Below, piece after piece: positions 61,570 through 64,000 of a stretch of DNA of 64,000 bases. Source of the DNA: Octopus sinensis (taxonomy: Eukaryota); assembly GCF_006345805.1 (NCBI RefSeq), contig NC_043009.1, positions 46,128,001 to 46,192,000 on the forward strand, read 5' to 3'. A program made the position numbers and the translations under genes. The notes beneath the pieces are model-generated. The model was not told where the DNA came from, did no database searches, and saw only the letters and a program-made list of their open reading frames with translations. The first letter of the stretch is position 1; each line of letters opens with the position of its first letter.

Positions 61570-61990
61570 ATAGCGACATTAAGTGCCGCCTTGAACTCGC
61601 AACACCTACATCACATTGCTAACATTTGAGACTATTTATCAAATGCCACCGGGGTCAACTTTGCCTTTAACCCTTTCGTGGTTGATAAAATAAGTACCAG
61701 TTGAGCACTGGGATTGATTTAATCGACTTAGATCCACCCCCAAAACTTCTGGCCTTGTACAACAATTTGAAACCAGCAATTTTAAGGCGGCAAGCTGGCA
61801 GAACCATTAAGTACGCCGAACAAAATGCTTAGTGTCATTTCGTCCGTGAATACATTGAGTTCAAATTATGCTGAGGTCAACTTTGCTTTTCATCCTCCTG
61901 GGGGTCAATAAAAAATAAGTTCCAGTCAAATACTGGGGTCGTTGAAATCGACTAGCTCCTCACAAAATTTCACGCCTTGTGCCTATACTA
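61570..61990 (+). mobile_element. Two old SINE B-related copies
   Basis: ggggtcaactttgcctt..aaataagtaccagttgagcactgg; aaggcggcaagctggcagaa. Confidence 0.8.
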
Positions 61991-62246
61991 GGAAGAATTA
62001 TTTTTAGTATCTACATTTTGTGCTTCCAAAGGTCCTTTTCCAGTTTTTTTCCATTATATCAGCTGTTCGTGTTTGTGCCTAGAAGCTTACTTAGAAATCT
62101 CGAATCTGTCAACAGGGTTAATGGAATTCTCCGACATACACTCTGTCTGTCAGTTGACCAAAAAACGTGGTTAGAAGGAGTAAATACTTAGGCGATGTTT
62201 AATGTTGTAAAACTTGAAATCTAAATAATGACCATGCTTAAAGGGC

Positions 62247-62495
62247 CCAGGCGTAGCTGTGTGGTAATATGTTTGCTTCCCAACCACATGGTTGTTTGTC
62301 CCCACTAAGCAATTGACAACTGGTGTTAGTGGGTTTACGTCCCCGTAACTTGGCAGTTCGGCATACGAGACCGATACAATAAGTCCCTGGCTTAAAAAGG
62401 AAATAAGTACTGAGGTCGATTAGTTTGACTAAAATTCCTCAAGCCGGTGCCCCAGCATGACCGCAATCTAACGACTAAAACAAATTAACGGTAAG
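62247..62495 (+). mobile_element. Old SINE A with internal deletion
   Basis: ggcgtagctgtgtggtaa..ccaaccacatgg..tttacgtccccgtaac..cccagcatgaccgc. Confidence 0.8.
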
Positions 62496-62767
62496 ATATA
62501 TATATATATATGTTGTAGTAAAAAACTTCCTTTTTATTCAATAAGGGAAAATTATCTATCAGTGTAGGTACTTCGAAATTTTATGAAATAATTAAAAGAA
62601 TTAATGTTTCTTTTATTTCTGTGATAAGATGTTCTGGTTGTTGCATCAATGTCAGACATATTCCTTTTTCAAATCAATTCCGTAACTGGCATAACAATAG
62701 TAAATTAATGATTCGATAAAGATTTGTTCGTTGAGAGAAAGGATGAGAGAAGGGAAAAAATTGACAA

Positions 62768-64000
62768 TGCAAGGATGTGTTGAAAAGTTCTTAAACTGAC
62801 TATAAGCGAGTGGTGCTAGAGCAATGAAATTCGGCATACATTAATTTCAATACTTCTTATAACCGAATTGTTTCTTTCCTGGTAAACTCTCATTTGACTG
62901 TTCAAAGAAAACTTCATAAGTAAGGCGGCGAGCTGGCAGAAACGTTATCACGCCGGGCGAAATGCTTAGCGGCATTTCGACTGTCTTTACGTTCTGAGTT
63001 CAAATTCCGCAGAGGTCGACTTTGCCTTTCATCCTTTCGAGGTCGATAAATTAAGTACCAGTTACGCACTAGGGTCGATGTAATCGACTTAATCCCTTTG
63101 TCTGTCCTTGTTTGTCCCTTCTATGTTTAGCCCCTTGTGGGCAATAAAGAAATTAGAAAACTTCAAAAGTAACCAGTAGCGACTTCTTTTCAAAAGGGAC
63201 AAACTTTGGCACCGTGGTGTTATCAAATACCTGCAGAAAAATGGTTCAGCCCCCAAGAATATGCATACTGATATGATTACTACATTAGGTGATGACGCTC
63301 CAACTTTATCAATAGTACAAAAGTGAGCAGCTGAAATCAGGAGGGGAAAGGAGAGTCTTGAAATGACCCAAGATCTGGACCGAAGCATTGACTATAAATC
63401 AAATTGTCAATGCTATCAGCATTTCCTGTAAGAGTTGAGAATATTCTGTACATTGAATTTGGTATGACGAACGTTTCTGTTTGGTGAGCGCTACGTCTTC
63501 TGACAACTGATCAAAGGCGCACCAAGCCGATCACATCACGGGAAAATCTGACATTGTTTGAGGCAATTTAAGCTGGCTTCCTTGAATGTTTCCTAAGCCA
63601 GGATGAGTGATGGGTACATCACTTTGAACCAGAGAAAGCCAATTTCGTTTCACATGCATGAAAGGTGATGGTCTCAGTTTTTGAGGATGCAAAAAGCATA
63701 GTGTTTATTTGCCGTCGTCAAAAGGGCCACAACATCAGTGAAGAGTACTGAGGCAGTTACAGAAATCTATCAAAGCCAAACATCCAGAAAAAACTGACGC
63801 AAGGTTTCATCGGGGAATACTCCAGTGCAGAAGTCCTTGGTTTCAATAGCCGTTGTTGGTGACTGTAGCTTTGAACTGGTTGATCACTCTCCCTATTCTC
63901 CTGATTTGGCCCCATCTGACCATCATCTGTTGCCAATCATGAAAAACCCTTTGGTTGGGAACCAGTATCGCAGTTGATGACGATGTCATATCTGCAGTTG
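62768..64000 (+). mobile_element. Decayed mariner element running off the window edge
   Basis: TIR-like aaggatgtgttgaaaagttc; HRGVIKYL, QDE*WVHHFEPE, HSPYSPDLAPSDHHL. Confidence 0.9.
62922..63154 (+). mobile_element. SINE B with 16-bp TSD (1 mismatch), nested in mariner
   Basis: agaaaacttca(t/a)aagt at 62906-62921 and 63155-63170. Confidence 0.96.

Overview
AT-rich, microsatellite-dense eukaryotic DNA made almost entirely of transposon debris. The SINE families and repeat landscape resemble those of octopod cephalopods (inference, not a database hit). I found no intact host protein-coding gene; nearly all listed ORFs are translations of (TA)n/(TG)n/(ATT)n/(ATC)n repeats or of TE fragments. 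Recognisable content: at least three abundant tRNA-derived SINE families (here A, B, C), many with clean TSDs; decayed LINEs (R4/Dong-like, RTE, CR1/L2-like, Tx1/L1-like); Penelope-like (PLE) remnants; several mariner elements with TIRs; a pogo/Tigger remnant; a Helitron PIF1 helicase remnant; several foldback/MITE hairpins. Most notable: (1) four different minimal type-I hammerhead ribozyme motifs, one inside a tRNA-headed SINE-like element; (2) a candidate intronless, stop-riddled protein-kinase relic in a repeat-poor stretch at about 25.4-26.0 kb; (3) a ~750 bp tandem duplication whose SINE-SINE crossover maps to 4 bp; (4) head-truncated concatemeric SINE-B arrays with a recurring junction.
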